Origin: an uncultured Bifidobacteriaceae bacterium
GTDB taxonomy: Bacteria; Actinomycetota; Acidimicrobiia; IMCC26256; PALSA-555
NCBI GenBank assembly: GCA_964555735.1
Contig: CAZKTS010000038.1
Span: 6,929-70,928 of the forward strand
Direction: 5' to 3'
DNA length: 64,000 bases
Each line of letters begins with the position of its first letter. The stretch's first letter is position 1. The notes below the pieces were generated by a model. The model was given only the letters and a program-made list of their open reading frames with translations. It did not search any database and was not told the origin of the DNA. Both the position numbers and the translations under genes were made by a program. Shown here in pieces: positions 15,738 to 23,745 of this stretch.

Positions 15738-17885
15738 ATGTCCATCGCCATCACCGACGACCACCAGACCCTCGCCGACACCGCGTCCGACCTCCTGCGC
15801 AAGCGCGACGCACGCGGCGCGGCGCGGGCGCTGCTCGAGGCCCCGACCGAGGACCGTCCGGCACTGTGGTCCGACCTGGTCGAGCTGGGCTGGGTCGGCC
15901 TGCACGTCGCCGAAGAGCACGGGGGTTCGGGCTTCGGCATGCCCGAGCTCGTCGTGGTGGTCGAGGAGCTCGGCCGAGCCCTCGCACCCGGCGGCTTCGT
16001 ACCCACGGTCGTCGCGAGCGCGGTGCTCGCTGCCGTCGGTGGCGACGATGCGCTCCTGACCTCGCTCGCCGACGGCTCTCGCACCGCGGGCGTCGGCCTC
16101 ACCGGCGACATCACGATCGACGGTGCCACCGCGAGCGGCACCGCACCGGCGGTCCTCGGCGCCGGCATCGCCGACGTGCTCGTCCTCGCCGCGGGCGACG
16201 ACGTCGTCGTCGTCGACGCGCACGCCGACGGCGTGATCACCGAGGTCCCCCCGAACCTCGATCCGACGCGGCGGACCGGTCGCGTCACGCTCGACGGTGC
16301 CGCGGTCACGGTGCTGGCCGGCGCGCGGCGGACGTTCACCGACCTCTCGCGGCTCGTGCTCTCCGCCGAGGCCGTCGGCATCGCCCGGGAGTGCACCGAG
16401 GCTGCCGCCGAGTACGCCAAGGTGCGGGAGCAGTTCGGCCGTCCGATCGCCACGTTCCAGGCCGTCAAGCACCACTGCGCCAACATGCTCGTGGCCACCG
16501 AGCTCGCCACTGCCGCGGTCTGGGATGCCGCACGCGCGGCCGATGACGGCGGCGACCAGCTCTCGTTCGCCGCCGCGGTCGCGGCGACGCTCGCGGCCCC
16601 GGCCGCCGACCTGTGCGCCAACCTCGGCATGCAGGTGCACGGCGGCATCGGCTTCACCTGGGAGCACGACTCGCACGTGTTCCTCCGGCGCGCGACCGTC
16701 CTGCTGTCGCTCCTGGATCCCGATGCGGCCGCGACCGACGTGACCGACCTCACCCGCGCCGGTGTCCGTCGTGCGCGCACGGTCGACCTCCCTCCGGAGG
16801 CCGAGCCCATCCGCGACGAGGTGCGCGCGTTCGTGGCGCGCATCAAGGACCAGGACGCCGCAGCACAACGCGACGCCATGATCGAGACCGGCTACGTCAT
16901 GCCCCACTGGCCGAAGCCATGGGGTCGCGACGCCGGCGCGATCGAACAGCTCGTCGTCGAGCAGGAGTTCGGTGAGGCCGGCATCAAGCGGCCGGGCTAC
17001 GGCATCACCGGCTGGGTGATCCTCACGCTCATCCAGCACGCCACCGAGGATCAGGTGCAGCGCTGGGTGCCCCAGACCCTGCGCCAAGAGGTGATCTGGT
17101 GCCAGCTCTTCAGCGAGCCGGACGCCGGCTCCGACGCCGCGGGCATCAAGACGCGCGCGACCCGCGTCGACGGCGGCTGGCTCGTCAACGGACAGAAGGT
17201 GTGGACGAGCGACGCGCACCGCGCCGGCATGGGCTTCGCCACGGTGCGTACAAACCCCGACGTTCCCAAGCATGCGGGCATCACCACGATGGTGATCGAC
17301 ATGCACGCCGACGGCGTCGAGGTCCGACCGCTGCGCATGACGAGCGGTGCTTCCGAGTTCAACGAGGTGTTCTTCAACGACGTCTTCGTGCCGGACGACG
17401 ATGTCGTCGGGCCGATCGACGGCGGCTGGACCGTCGCTCGCGCGACGCTCGGCAACGAGAGCGTCAGCATCGGTGGCGGCCAGGGCGGCATGGCGTTCCC
17501 CGGCGACGCGCTGATCGCCCCGTACGATGCGCACCCCGAGCGCCTGCCCGGCGGCGCGCCGCGCATCGGCCGCTACATCGCGGAGAGCCAGGCGATGGGC
17601 CTGCTCAACCTGCGCAGCGCGAACCGATCGGTCGCCGGCGGCGGCCCGGGCCCGGAGGGCAACATCACCAAGCTGGTGATGTCGGAGATCGGCCACGAGT
17701 CGGCCGCGATCATGGCGGCGCTGAGCGGCCCCGAGAGCGCCTACCTCGACGGCGCGGGCTCGATGAGCGGCACGCTCGTGCTGTTCCACCGGGCCATGTC
17801 GATCGCAGGTGGTACGTCCGAGATCAAGCGCAACCAGATCGGCGAGCGGATCCTCGGGCTGCCCCGCGATCCGCTCATCAAGTAG
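15738..17885 (+). CDS. fused double acyl-CoA dehydrogenase (two ACAD units in one polypeptide, FadE34-like layout)
   Basis: From ATG 15738, 715 aa. The first half ends ...FQAVKHHCANMLV...QVHGGIGFTWEHDSHVFLRR. The second half has CQLFSEPDAGSDAAG (FAD/substrate loop), WTSDAH and ...IAGGTSEIKRNQIGERILGLP. Confidence 0.85.
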   Translation: MSIAITDDHQTLADTASDLLRKRDARGAARALLEAPTEDRPALWSDLVELGWVGLHVAEEHGGSGFGMPELVVVVEELGRALAPGGFVPTVVASAVLAAVGGDDALLTSLADGSRTAGVGLTGDITIDGATASGTAPAVLGAGIADVLVLAAGDDVVVVDAHADGVITEVPPNLDPTRRTGRVTLDGAAVTVLAGARRTFTDLSRLVLSAEAVGIARECTEAAAEYAKVREQFGRPIATFQAVKHHCANMLVATELATAAVWDAARAADDGGDQLSFAAAVAATLAAPAADLCANLGMQVHGGIGFTWEHDSHVFLRRATVLLSLLDPDAAATDVTDLTRAGVRRARTVDLPPEAEPIRDEVRAFVARIKDQDAAAQRDAMIETGYVMPHWPKPWGRDAGAIEQLVVEQEFGEAGIKRPGYGITGWVILTLIQHATEDQVQRWVPQTLRQEVIWCQLFSEPDAGSDAAGIKTRATRVDGGWLVNGQKVWTSDAHRAGMGFATVRTNPDVPKHAGITTMVIDMHADGVEVRPLRMTSGASEFNEVFFNDVFVPDDDVVGPIDGGWTVARATLGNESVSIGGGQGGMAFPGDALIAPYDAHPERLPGGAPRIGRYIAESQAMGLLNLRSANRSVAGGGPGPEGNITKLVMSEIGHESAAIMAALSGPESAYLDGAGSMSGTLVLFHRAMSIAGGTSEIKRNQIGERILGLPRDPLIK

Positions 17886-17929
17886 CGGGTCATCAAGCAG
17901 CGGGTCATCAAGCAGCGGTCATCGAGCAG
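17871..17929 (+). repeat. about four tandem 15-bp units spanning the stop codon of the ACAD gene
   Basis: ccgctcatcaagTAG / cgggtcatcaagcag / cgggtcatcaagcag / cgg-tcatcgagcag. The first unit carries the TAG stop where later units have CAG. Confidence 0.7.
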
Positions 17930-17947
17930 CCGGGCGCCGCGGGCCGG

Positions 17948-19270
17948 CTACCCGGCCAGCTGCACCCGCACGATGTTCTTCGGGTTGCAGTCGAACGACC
18001 CCGGCTTCTTCGGGTGCACCCGCACGTACTCACCGTCCTGCACCTGCGTGAGGTTGAAGCACGGGCTGGGCCGGCGGGCACCGACGTCGGTCGGTGCGAG
18101 CAGGCCGTCCGCGTCGAAGGTCTTGGTCTTCGCCAGCTCCTCGAGGAAGCGCTCCCGCGTGATCCCGTTGATGCCGTCGGCCTTCACGATCTTCTCGATC
18201 GTCTCGGTGAAGAGCATCCCCGCGGCCCACGCGACCTCCCCGAACGCGTCGACGTCCTCGGCACCCACGGTCTTCACGTAGGCGGCGAGTGCCTTGTTCG
18301 ACTTCGTCTCGTCGAGCGGGAGCGCGTTGAGGAACGCGTACTGACCCTCGACGTCGGCGCCGCCGGTCTCGAGGAACTGCTCGCTGTAGCAGGTGCGCGA
18401 GCAGTCCCAGACCTCGACGGTGTTCAGCCCCTGCAGCTTCGCCTCCTTGCGGAGCGAGACCACCTGCCCGAACGACTGGAGCGCGTACATGTAGGTGGAG
18501 CCGGCCTCGCGAGCCGCCGAGACCGCGGGCGTGAGCGCGGACTGCGCGGCGCGGGCGGAGACGCCGTAGAGACCGTCGCCGTCGAGCTCGATCCCCAAGC
18601 GCTTCGCCGCCTCGCAGTGCGCGGTGCCGGTGAGCGTGGTCGACCGCAGGTCGTTCTGCCCGACGCAGATCCCGTGCAGGTCCTTGTGCTGCGACACGTA
18701 GTACCGGACCTGACCGAACGCCACGTCGTACGTGGGCTCCGGGTCGTCCTTCGTCGTGCAGTCGATCTGGGGCGGGCTCACCGAGTACGAGACCGGCGAG
18801 CACTGGTGCACGAGCTCCTGGGTGAACGTGTTGACGTCGGGCAGACCGGTGGCCGCGCCCGTGCTGTCGACGCATCCGACCATGTCGTCGACGTTCGACA
18901 TGAACACCGCCGCAGTGCCGACCATGGCGAAGTCATTGGCACACGCCTCGATCGTGGCGTTGCGCGAGTCGCCCGCGTTCAGGTGGGAGTCGATGAAGTC
19001 GACGACGAGCTTGCGGCCCGCGATCCCGCCGTTCTTGTTGACGTACTTGGCGTAGCCCTGCATCGCATCGACGTTCGTCTGGAACTGCCCTGGGTTGAAC
19101 GGGTTGTCGACGTCGGCCACCACCGCGATGCGAATCTCCTTCGCGGTGATCCCGATCTCACCGGCTTCGGGCTTCTCCGACTGCGCCCCCGCCGGGACGA
19201 CCGCCACCGCCACCGCCGAGACCAAGAGCATGCCCACGAGCGCGGCGCGCGTCGTCCGTCGGTGCATCAT
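17948..19270 (-). CDS. secreted ABC-type substrate-binding protein (branched-chain amino acid / Peripla_BP_6-like), orphan
   Basis: 440 aa. Signal peptide MMHRRTTRAALVGMLLVSAVAVAVVPAGA; body ...IRIAVVADVDNPFNPGQFQ...GYAKYVNKNGGIAGRKLVVDFIDS... No cognate permease or ATPase genes are adjacent. Confidence 0.75.
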   Translation of the reverse strand: MMHRRTTRAALVGMLLVSAVAVAVVPAGAQSEKPEAGEIGITAKEIRIAVVADVDNPFNPGQFQTNVDAMQGYAKYVNKNGGIAGRKLVVDFIDSHLNAGDSRNATIEACANDFAMVGTAAVFMSNVDDMVGCVDSTGAATGLPDVNTFTQELVHQCSPVSYSVSPPQIDCTTKDDPEPTYDVAFGQVRYYVSQHKDLHGICVGQNDLRSTTLTGTAHCEAAKRLGIELDGDGLYGVSARAAQSALTPAVSAAREAGSTYMYALQSFGQVVSLRKEAKLQGLNTVEVWDCSRTCYSEQFLETGGADVEGQYAFLNALPLDETKSNKALAAYVKTVGAEDVDAFGEVAWAAGMLFTETIEKIVKADGINGITRERFLEELAKTKTFDADGLLAPTDVGARRPSPCFNLTQVQDGEYVRVHPKKPGSFDCNPKNIVRVQLAG

Positions 19271-19384
19271 CCGAGCTCCCCCTGGAACGGTGACGCCACC
19301 ACATCGAGCATGGGCGGCGGGCCGCAGTCTGCCATTCAGGAGATGCGCGCGGTGCGCACCCGGCGGCTCACCGGCCGGGCGGCG

Positions 19385-20368
19385 CTACCGCTCGGCCCGG
19401 TTGATCGACCGACTGACCTCGAGGACCGCACTGTCCTCGGCGAAGTCGACCGCAACGAGCGTGGGAGCACGACCGCGGAGCTCCGTGCACTCGGCGACGC
19501 GGTCGCGCAGCACGGCGAAGTTGACCACGCGCGACCGGCGGGGCCCCGCCGGGGTGACCCAGTGGTTGAGCTGGAAGATGGGGGCGTCGGTGACGCCACG
19601 GTTGTCGACGCACGACGCAGGGGTGCGGAGGTCACCGATCCGATGGAAGGTGAAGGGAGTCTCCTCCACCAGTGCGGCGAACGCGTTCGGCAGCAACGGG
19701 GGTGCATCGCCGTTCTCGAGCGTGACGACGAGTCGCTTCCCTGCATCGAGCATCTCGCCGAGCGTCGGCAGCGGCGAGCCCGACGGCACCGGCAGCAGCT
19801 CGTCGTGCAGCCCGGCCGCGTCGAGCACCGCGAGCAGACGGTCCGGCTGCACGTAGTCCTCGACCACGAACAGGAGGACCTCGTCGGGATGCTCGTCGAG
19901 GAACCTCGCGACGTCGTCGAAGGCGCTGCGCATGGTGATCGCGCCCAGCTCGCAGAGCGTGTGGCAGAGGTAGACCTTGCTCGTACCGTCGGCCGGCACG
20001 GACGCGAGGCGATCGTGCAGCCGGAGGCCGGCCTGCAGCAGCGGCTCGGGCAGATCGGTCTGGGCCGGCACCGACGTCGCGACATCCGTGTACACGCGAT
20101 CGCCGCGCGCCGACCCCAGGTAGGCGTCGATCTGGAACCCGCGGATCCCGTCGTCGAGCTGCTCGGCCATGGTCGCGCCCTGGTTCGGCCCCCGGAAGCC
20201 GTCGGCGGCCGACGACATCGAGTTGTGCGACGTGGGGAAGGCCACGGCGCCGAGCGGCCGGTCGCACAGCTCGGCCAGCCCGTTGCAGCGTGGGGGCGCG
20301 GCCTGTGCGCTCGGCGCCGCGACGGCACCGGTCGCGACGATCAGCAGTACGGCGACCAGGCGGCGCAC
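19385..20368 (-). CDS. secreted PLC-like phosphodiesterase (PI-PLC X-domain-like TIM barrel)
   Basis: Signal peptide MRRLVAVLLIVATGAVAAPSAQA, then ...FPTSHNSMSS...GIRGFQIDAY...LCHTLCELG..., resembling Ca-independent PI-PLC-like proteins. Confidence 0.65.
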   Translation of the reverse strand: MRRLVAVLLIVATGAVAAPSAQAAPPRCNGLAELCDRPLGAVAFPTSHNSMSSAADGFRGPNQGATMAEQLDDGIRGFQIDAYLGSARGDRVYTDVATSVPAQTDLPEPLLQAGLRLHDRLASVPADGTSKVYLCHTLCELGAITMRSAFDDVARFLDEHPDEVLLFVVEDYVQPDRLLAVLDAAGLHDELLPVPSGSPLPTLGEMLDAGKRLVVTLENGDAPPLLPNAFAALVEETPFTFHRIGDLRTPASCVDNRGVTDAPIFQLNHWVTPAGPRRSRVVNFAVLRDRVAECTELRGRAPTLVAVDFAEDSAVLEVSRSINRAER

Positions 20369-20392
20369 GTGAGACCGCCTCGACGAGCGGGG

Positions 20393-21568
20393 TCAGACCG
20401 CTGCGGCGACCCGCCCACGCGTGCGCAGCTCACGCCAACCGACGAGACGCGAGGCGTCCTCGTCCCAGAGCTTCAGCCGGATCGCGCGCAAGCCGTCGCG
20501 GAACGACACCGTGGGCACGTCGGCGAAGATCGAGCTCTCGTCGTGGGCACGCTGCAGGTGGTAGTTGGGGATGCGCGCGCTGAGGTGATGGACGTGGTGC
20601 AGGCCGATGTTGCCGGTGAAGAACTGCAGCACCTTCGGGAGCTTGAGGTACGAGCTGCCGCGCAGCGCCGACGCCTCGTAGCTCCAGTCCGGCGCGCGGT
20701 CCCAGTAGGTGGTCTCGAACTGGTGCTGCACGTAGAAGAGCCAGATGCCGGCCCCCCCGGCGAGGAACACGAAGGGCACTTCGACCAGCAGGAACGCCTG
20801 CCAGCCGATGAGCAGGCACAGGCCACCCACGAGGAGCACGAGGGCGAGGTTGGTGGCCCAGACGAGGCGGCGGATCGACGCCTTGCCCGACGGGTTCGCC
20901 CAGCGCGGCTCGAGCAGCATGGCGTAGATGGGACCGAGCCCGAACATCACCACGGGGTTGCGCAGCAGGCGATAGCCGATGCGCGTCGGCCACGCCCAGC
21001 TGTCGTACTCCGCGACGGTGTAGGTGGGGACGTCACCGACGCCGCGGCGCTCCAGGTCGCCCGTGGTCGCGTGGTGGACGGTGTGCTCGTGGCGCCAGCG
21101 CGCGTACGGCGTGAACACCAGCAGTCCGAGGATCGTGCCGACGATCTCGTTGGCGCGCTTGCCCGGGAGCAGCGAACCGTGCGCGCAGTCGTGGAACATG
21201 ATGTAGGTGCGCAGCAGGAAGCCGGCGGCGGGCACTGCCAGCGCGAGCGTGAGGAAGTACGAGACCTGCAGCGAGAAGTACATCGCCACCCAGAGGCCGA
21301 CGAACGGAACGACCGAGGTGGCGAGCGCCCAGAGGCTCCGGCGCAGGTCGGGGCGGGCGTAGAGCTGCACGCAGCGCTGCCAGCACTCGGCCTTGCGGGC
21401 GCAGCCGTCGCTCAGGTGCTCGGGTGCGGGGTCGTCCGGCGTCAGGTCGTCGGGGGTCGAGACGGTGGAGTCTGGGGTGAGCGTCTGCACGGGTGAGGTG
21501 TCACCAATCGGTTGACGGGCTTGCGGGCGGGGATGCCGGCCGACGACGGTGCCCGAACGAACGGGCAT
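20393..21568 (-). CDS. membrane fatty-acid desaturase
   Basis: Three His boxes: HDCAH, HEHTVHH and HHVHH. Several TM segments. ATG 21568 is preceded by AGGGGG; an alternative GTG lies at 21490. Confidence 0.85.
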   Translation of the reverse strand: MPVRSGTVVGRHPRPQARQPIGDTSPVQTLTPDSTVSTPDDLTPDDPAPEHLSDGCARKAECWQRCVQLYARPDLRRSLWALATSVVPFVGLWVAMYFSLQVSYFLTLALAVPAAGFLLRTYIMFHDCAHGSLLPGKRANEIVGTILGLLVFTPYARWRHEHTVHHATTGDLERRGVGDVPTYTVAEYDSWAWPTRIGYRLLRNPVVMFGLGPIYAMLLEPRWANPSGKASIRRLVWATNLALVLLVGGLCLLIGWQAFLLVEVPFVFLAGGAGIWLFYVQHQFETTYWDRAPDWSYEASALRGSSYLKLPKVLQFFTGNIGLHHVHHLSARIPNYHLQRAHDESSIFADVPTVSFRDGLRAIRLKLWDEDASRLVGWRELRTRGRVAAAV

Positions 21569-21810
21569 TCGACCCCCTGCAACCGGCGGTCGGACGGCTC
21601 GAGAAAGTGTGGCTCACCGAAGCATGACAGGTTCGAATCCTGCACGCGCGTCAGCCACATCCGGTGATCGACAGCAGGCGCCCCGCCCTTGACCGGGTGG
21701 CGGGCACCGAGAACACGTTTGGCGCCCCCACGAGGCGGGCAGGACCTGGGCACGCTCGACCCCGAGCGGTTTCCACCCATACGTCCGCTCCGAACCATGG
21801 GGGCCAAGTC

Positions 21811-21954
21811 ATGGAGTTCATCCTCTGGATCATCGCCGTCGTGCTGGTGATCGCCGGGATCGTCACGTTGTTCCGCGGCCAGCTGGCCTACGGGATCGTC
21901 CTCATCGTCGTCGGCCTGCTCGTCGGGCCCGGCGGGGTGAGCGTCTTCACCTGA
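21811..21954 (+). CDS. small (47 aa) two-helix membrane protein
   Basis: MEFILWIIAVVLVIAGIVTLFRGQLAYGIVLIVVGLLVGPGGVSVFT. This is the internal ATG of track ORF 21664..21954, whose upstream part looks non-coding. Confidence 0.5.
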   Translation: MEFILWIIAVVLVIAGIVTLFRGQLAYGIVLIVVGLLVGPGGVSVFT

Positions 21955-21987
21955 CCGTGGCCGACGACGGCCCGGCCGGTCCGCCGG

Positions 21988-22455
21988 TCAGGCCGTCGTC
22001 GGCTCCGGCGGGTGCCGCTGCCGGAAGTCGACGTGGAGCACCCGCTCGGCGATCTTCCAGTCCCCGTCGACCTGCCGGTACTCGTCCACGTAGCGGATGT
22101 ACATCACGTCGTCGACGTCCGGACTGCCCCGGCGCACGTGGTGCGCGACGCAGTACACCTCCCCCGTCGCGACGTCGCCGCGCACGTCGTAGTGCGAGGT
22201 GCCGACCATGTGGAACGTCACGTCGTAGCGCGCGATGCGCTCGGTGACCTTCGCGAGCTCGGCCGCACCCACGATCTCGGAGGTGGGCGCCGACGCGTCC
22301 GCCGGATCGAAGATGCGCAGGCGGGCATCGGGCAGGAACACGCCCACGTAGCCGGCCTGGTCGCGGCGATCGACCGCCATGGCGTACCGGGCCGCGAGCG
22401 CCCGGAGTGCGAGCTCGTCGTCCACCGAGCCGCTACGGGGAGTGCGATCGCTCAC
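21988..22455 (-). CDS. SnoaL-like / NTF2-fold protein
   Basis: GTG 22455 overlaps the stop of the upstream LLM gene (GTGA). VSDRTPRSGSVDDELALRALAARYAMAVDRRDQAGYVGVFLPDARL...DGDWKIAERVLHVDF. Confidence 0.75.
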   Translation of the reverse strand: MSDRTPRSGSVDDELALRALAARYAMAVDRRDQAGYVGVFLPDARLRIFDPADASAPTSEIVGAAELAKVTERIARYDVTFHMVGTSHYDVRGDVATGEVYCVAHHVRRGSPDVDDVMYIRYVDEYRQVDGDWKIAERVLHVDFRQRHPPEPTTA

Positions 22456-23381
22456 GACCGCGCGTCCTCGAAGGCACCCACCAGCTCGGCCAGCGTCGCT
22501 CGCGCGCCGTCGTAGCCGGGGGGAAGCGGGAGGTGGACACGGAAGTCGGTGACGCCGGCGGCCGCGAGGGCCGGGACCGCGGCCATGGTCGCGCCGAGGT
22601 CGATGGTGTCGCCGTCGCGCACCACCGCGAGGTTCCCCGCCACCTGGAAGCCCGTGGCGTCGCCGCCGGCCGCCGCCACCGCGTCGCGCATCCGCGGGAT
22701 GCTCTCCACCGGATCGGCAGCGTCCTCGCCCCACGGGATCCACCCGCTGCCGAAGCGGGCCAGCCGCCGCGCCACCCGGTCGTTGAGCCGGCCGCTCACC
22801 CAGATGGGCACACCGCCGGGCTGGAGGGGCTTCGGCATCATGTGGATGCCCTCGAACGAGAGATCCGGGTGCTCGTACGACGCCCGCTGCTCCCGCCAGA
22901 GCGTCTGGACGACGTCGAGTGACTGGTCGAGCAAGCGGCCGCGCTCGCCGTAGTCGAGCCCGGCGGCCTCGTACTCCTCGCGCTGCCAGCCGACGCCCAC
23001 GCCGAGGTCGAGGCGACCGCCCGACAGCACGTCGATGGTCGAGGTGGTCTTGGCGAGCACGACGGGTCGCCGCAGGGCCGCGAGCAAGATGTTGGTGCCG
23101 AGACGCACGCGCGTGGTGATCGCGCCCACGTGCGCCAGCACGGTGAGCGGCTCGAGCCAGTGCCCGTCGGGGCCGGTCGGCTGACGCCCGCCGACGACGC
23201 CGCCCGCCTCGGGCCGCCCGTACGCCTCGAGGTCCTCGCCGAACACCACGTGGTCGGACACGAGCACCCGGCCGATGCCGGCGTCGTCGGCGGCACGCGC
23301 CCGAGCCACGAGGTGATCCCAACCGCCGGGATCCTCGGCGGCGAAGGTCGGCAGGGTGATGGCGAGCGATGGCGTGGTCAA
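22452..23381 (-). CDS. LLM-class (luciferase-like) flavin/F420-dependent oxidoreductase
   Basis: TTG 23381 follows GGGAG. LTTPSLAITLPTFAAEDPGGW...GGRLDLGVGVGWQREEYEAAGLDY... The N-terminal 114 codons of track ORF 22452..23723 are the antisense shadow of the plus-strand gene at 23478. Confidence 0.85.
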   Translation of the reverse strand: MTTPSLAITLPTFAAEDPGGWDHLVARARAADDAGIGRVLVSDHVVFGEDLEAYGRPEAGGVVGGRQPTGPDGHWLEPLTVLAHVGAITTRVRLGTNILLAALRRPVVLAKTTSTIDVLSGGRLDLGVGVGWQREEYEAAGLDYGERGRLLDQSLDVVQTLWREQRASYEHPDLSFEGIHMMPKPLQPGGVPIWVSGRLNDRVARRLARFGSGWIPWGEDAADPVESIPRMRDAVAAAGGDATGFQVAGNLAVVRDGDTIDLGATMAAVPALAAAGVTDFRVHLPLPPGYDGARATLAELVGAFEDARS

Positions 23382-23477
23382 CGGGCTCCCGATCTCAGCG
23401 GTGACGCCCGACGTTACCGAGCGGCGCGCGTGGGGGCCGGCCGTTCGAGCACGGACGAATCCGGGTACACGCTCCTC

Positions 23478-23741
23478 ATGGAGCCTGACGAAGCCACCGA
23501 ACCCGGCGAGCACCTCGACGGTCCGGTCGAGACCCGATACCTCGACCTCGACGGCGACGGCGTCCCGGATGCCGTCCAGACCGTGAAGGTGGTCGGCGTC
23601 GATCTCACCGGCGACGGCGCGAGCGACGTCGTCGAGATCGTCGAGGGCGTCGAAGCCGACATCGGCGTCGACGGCGTGCCGCAACACGTCGTGGTGGTCG
23701 AGGACGCGGTCGTCGACCTCCACCCCGCCGACGGGGACTGA
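23478..23741 (+). CDS. small acidic protein with three DxxGDG Ca-binding-loop-like repeats
   Basis: ATG 23478. MEPDEATEPGEHLDGPVETRYLDLDGDGVPDAVQTVKVVGVDLTGDGASDVVEIVEGVEADIGVDGVPQHVVVVEDAVVDLHPADGD. The third codon position is almost always G or C, unlike the opposite strand. Confidence 0.5.
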   Translation: MEPDEATEPGEHLDGPVETRYLDLDGDGVPDAVQTVKVVGVDLTGDGASDVVEIVEGVEADIGVDGVPQHVVVVEDAVVDLHPADGD

Positions 23742-23745
23742 GCCG

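Noticed and set aside
17099-21496. 1465-aa plus-strand ORF, the longest in the track
   Set aside because: The translation is extremely Arg/Pro/Gly/Ala/His-rich with no recognisable motif. It runs antisense to or out of frame with four well-supported genes (ACAD, SBP, PLC-like, desaturase). This is a typical stop-codon-poor shadow frame of GC-rich DNA.
21628-21659. Possible tRNA gene suggested by GGTTCGAATCC
   Set aside because: I could not build a 7-bp acceptor stem contiguous with the T-arm, a D-arm or an anticodon arm from the about 75 nt upstream. The enclosing 7-bp stem is separated from the T-stem by 10 nt. It is reported only as an odd structured element, not as a tRNA.
23382-23723. 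N-terminal 114 codons of track ORF 22452..23723 (would extend the LLM oxidoreductase)
   Set aside because: The LLM family N-terminus (TTPSLAITLPTF) begins at TTG 23381, which has a GGGAG RBS. The extension is the mirror image of a plus-strand ORF with much stronger GC3 bias.
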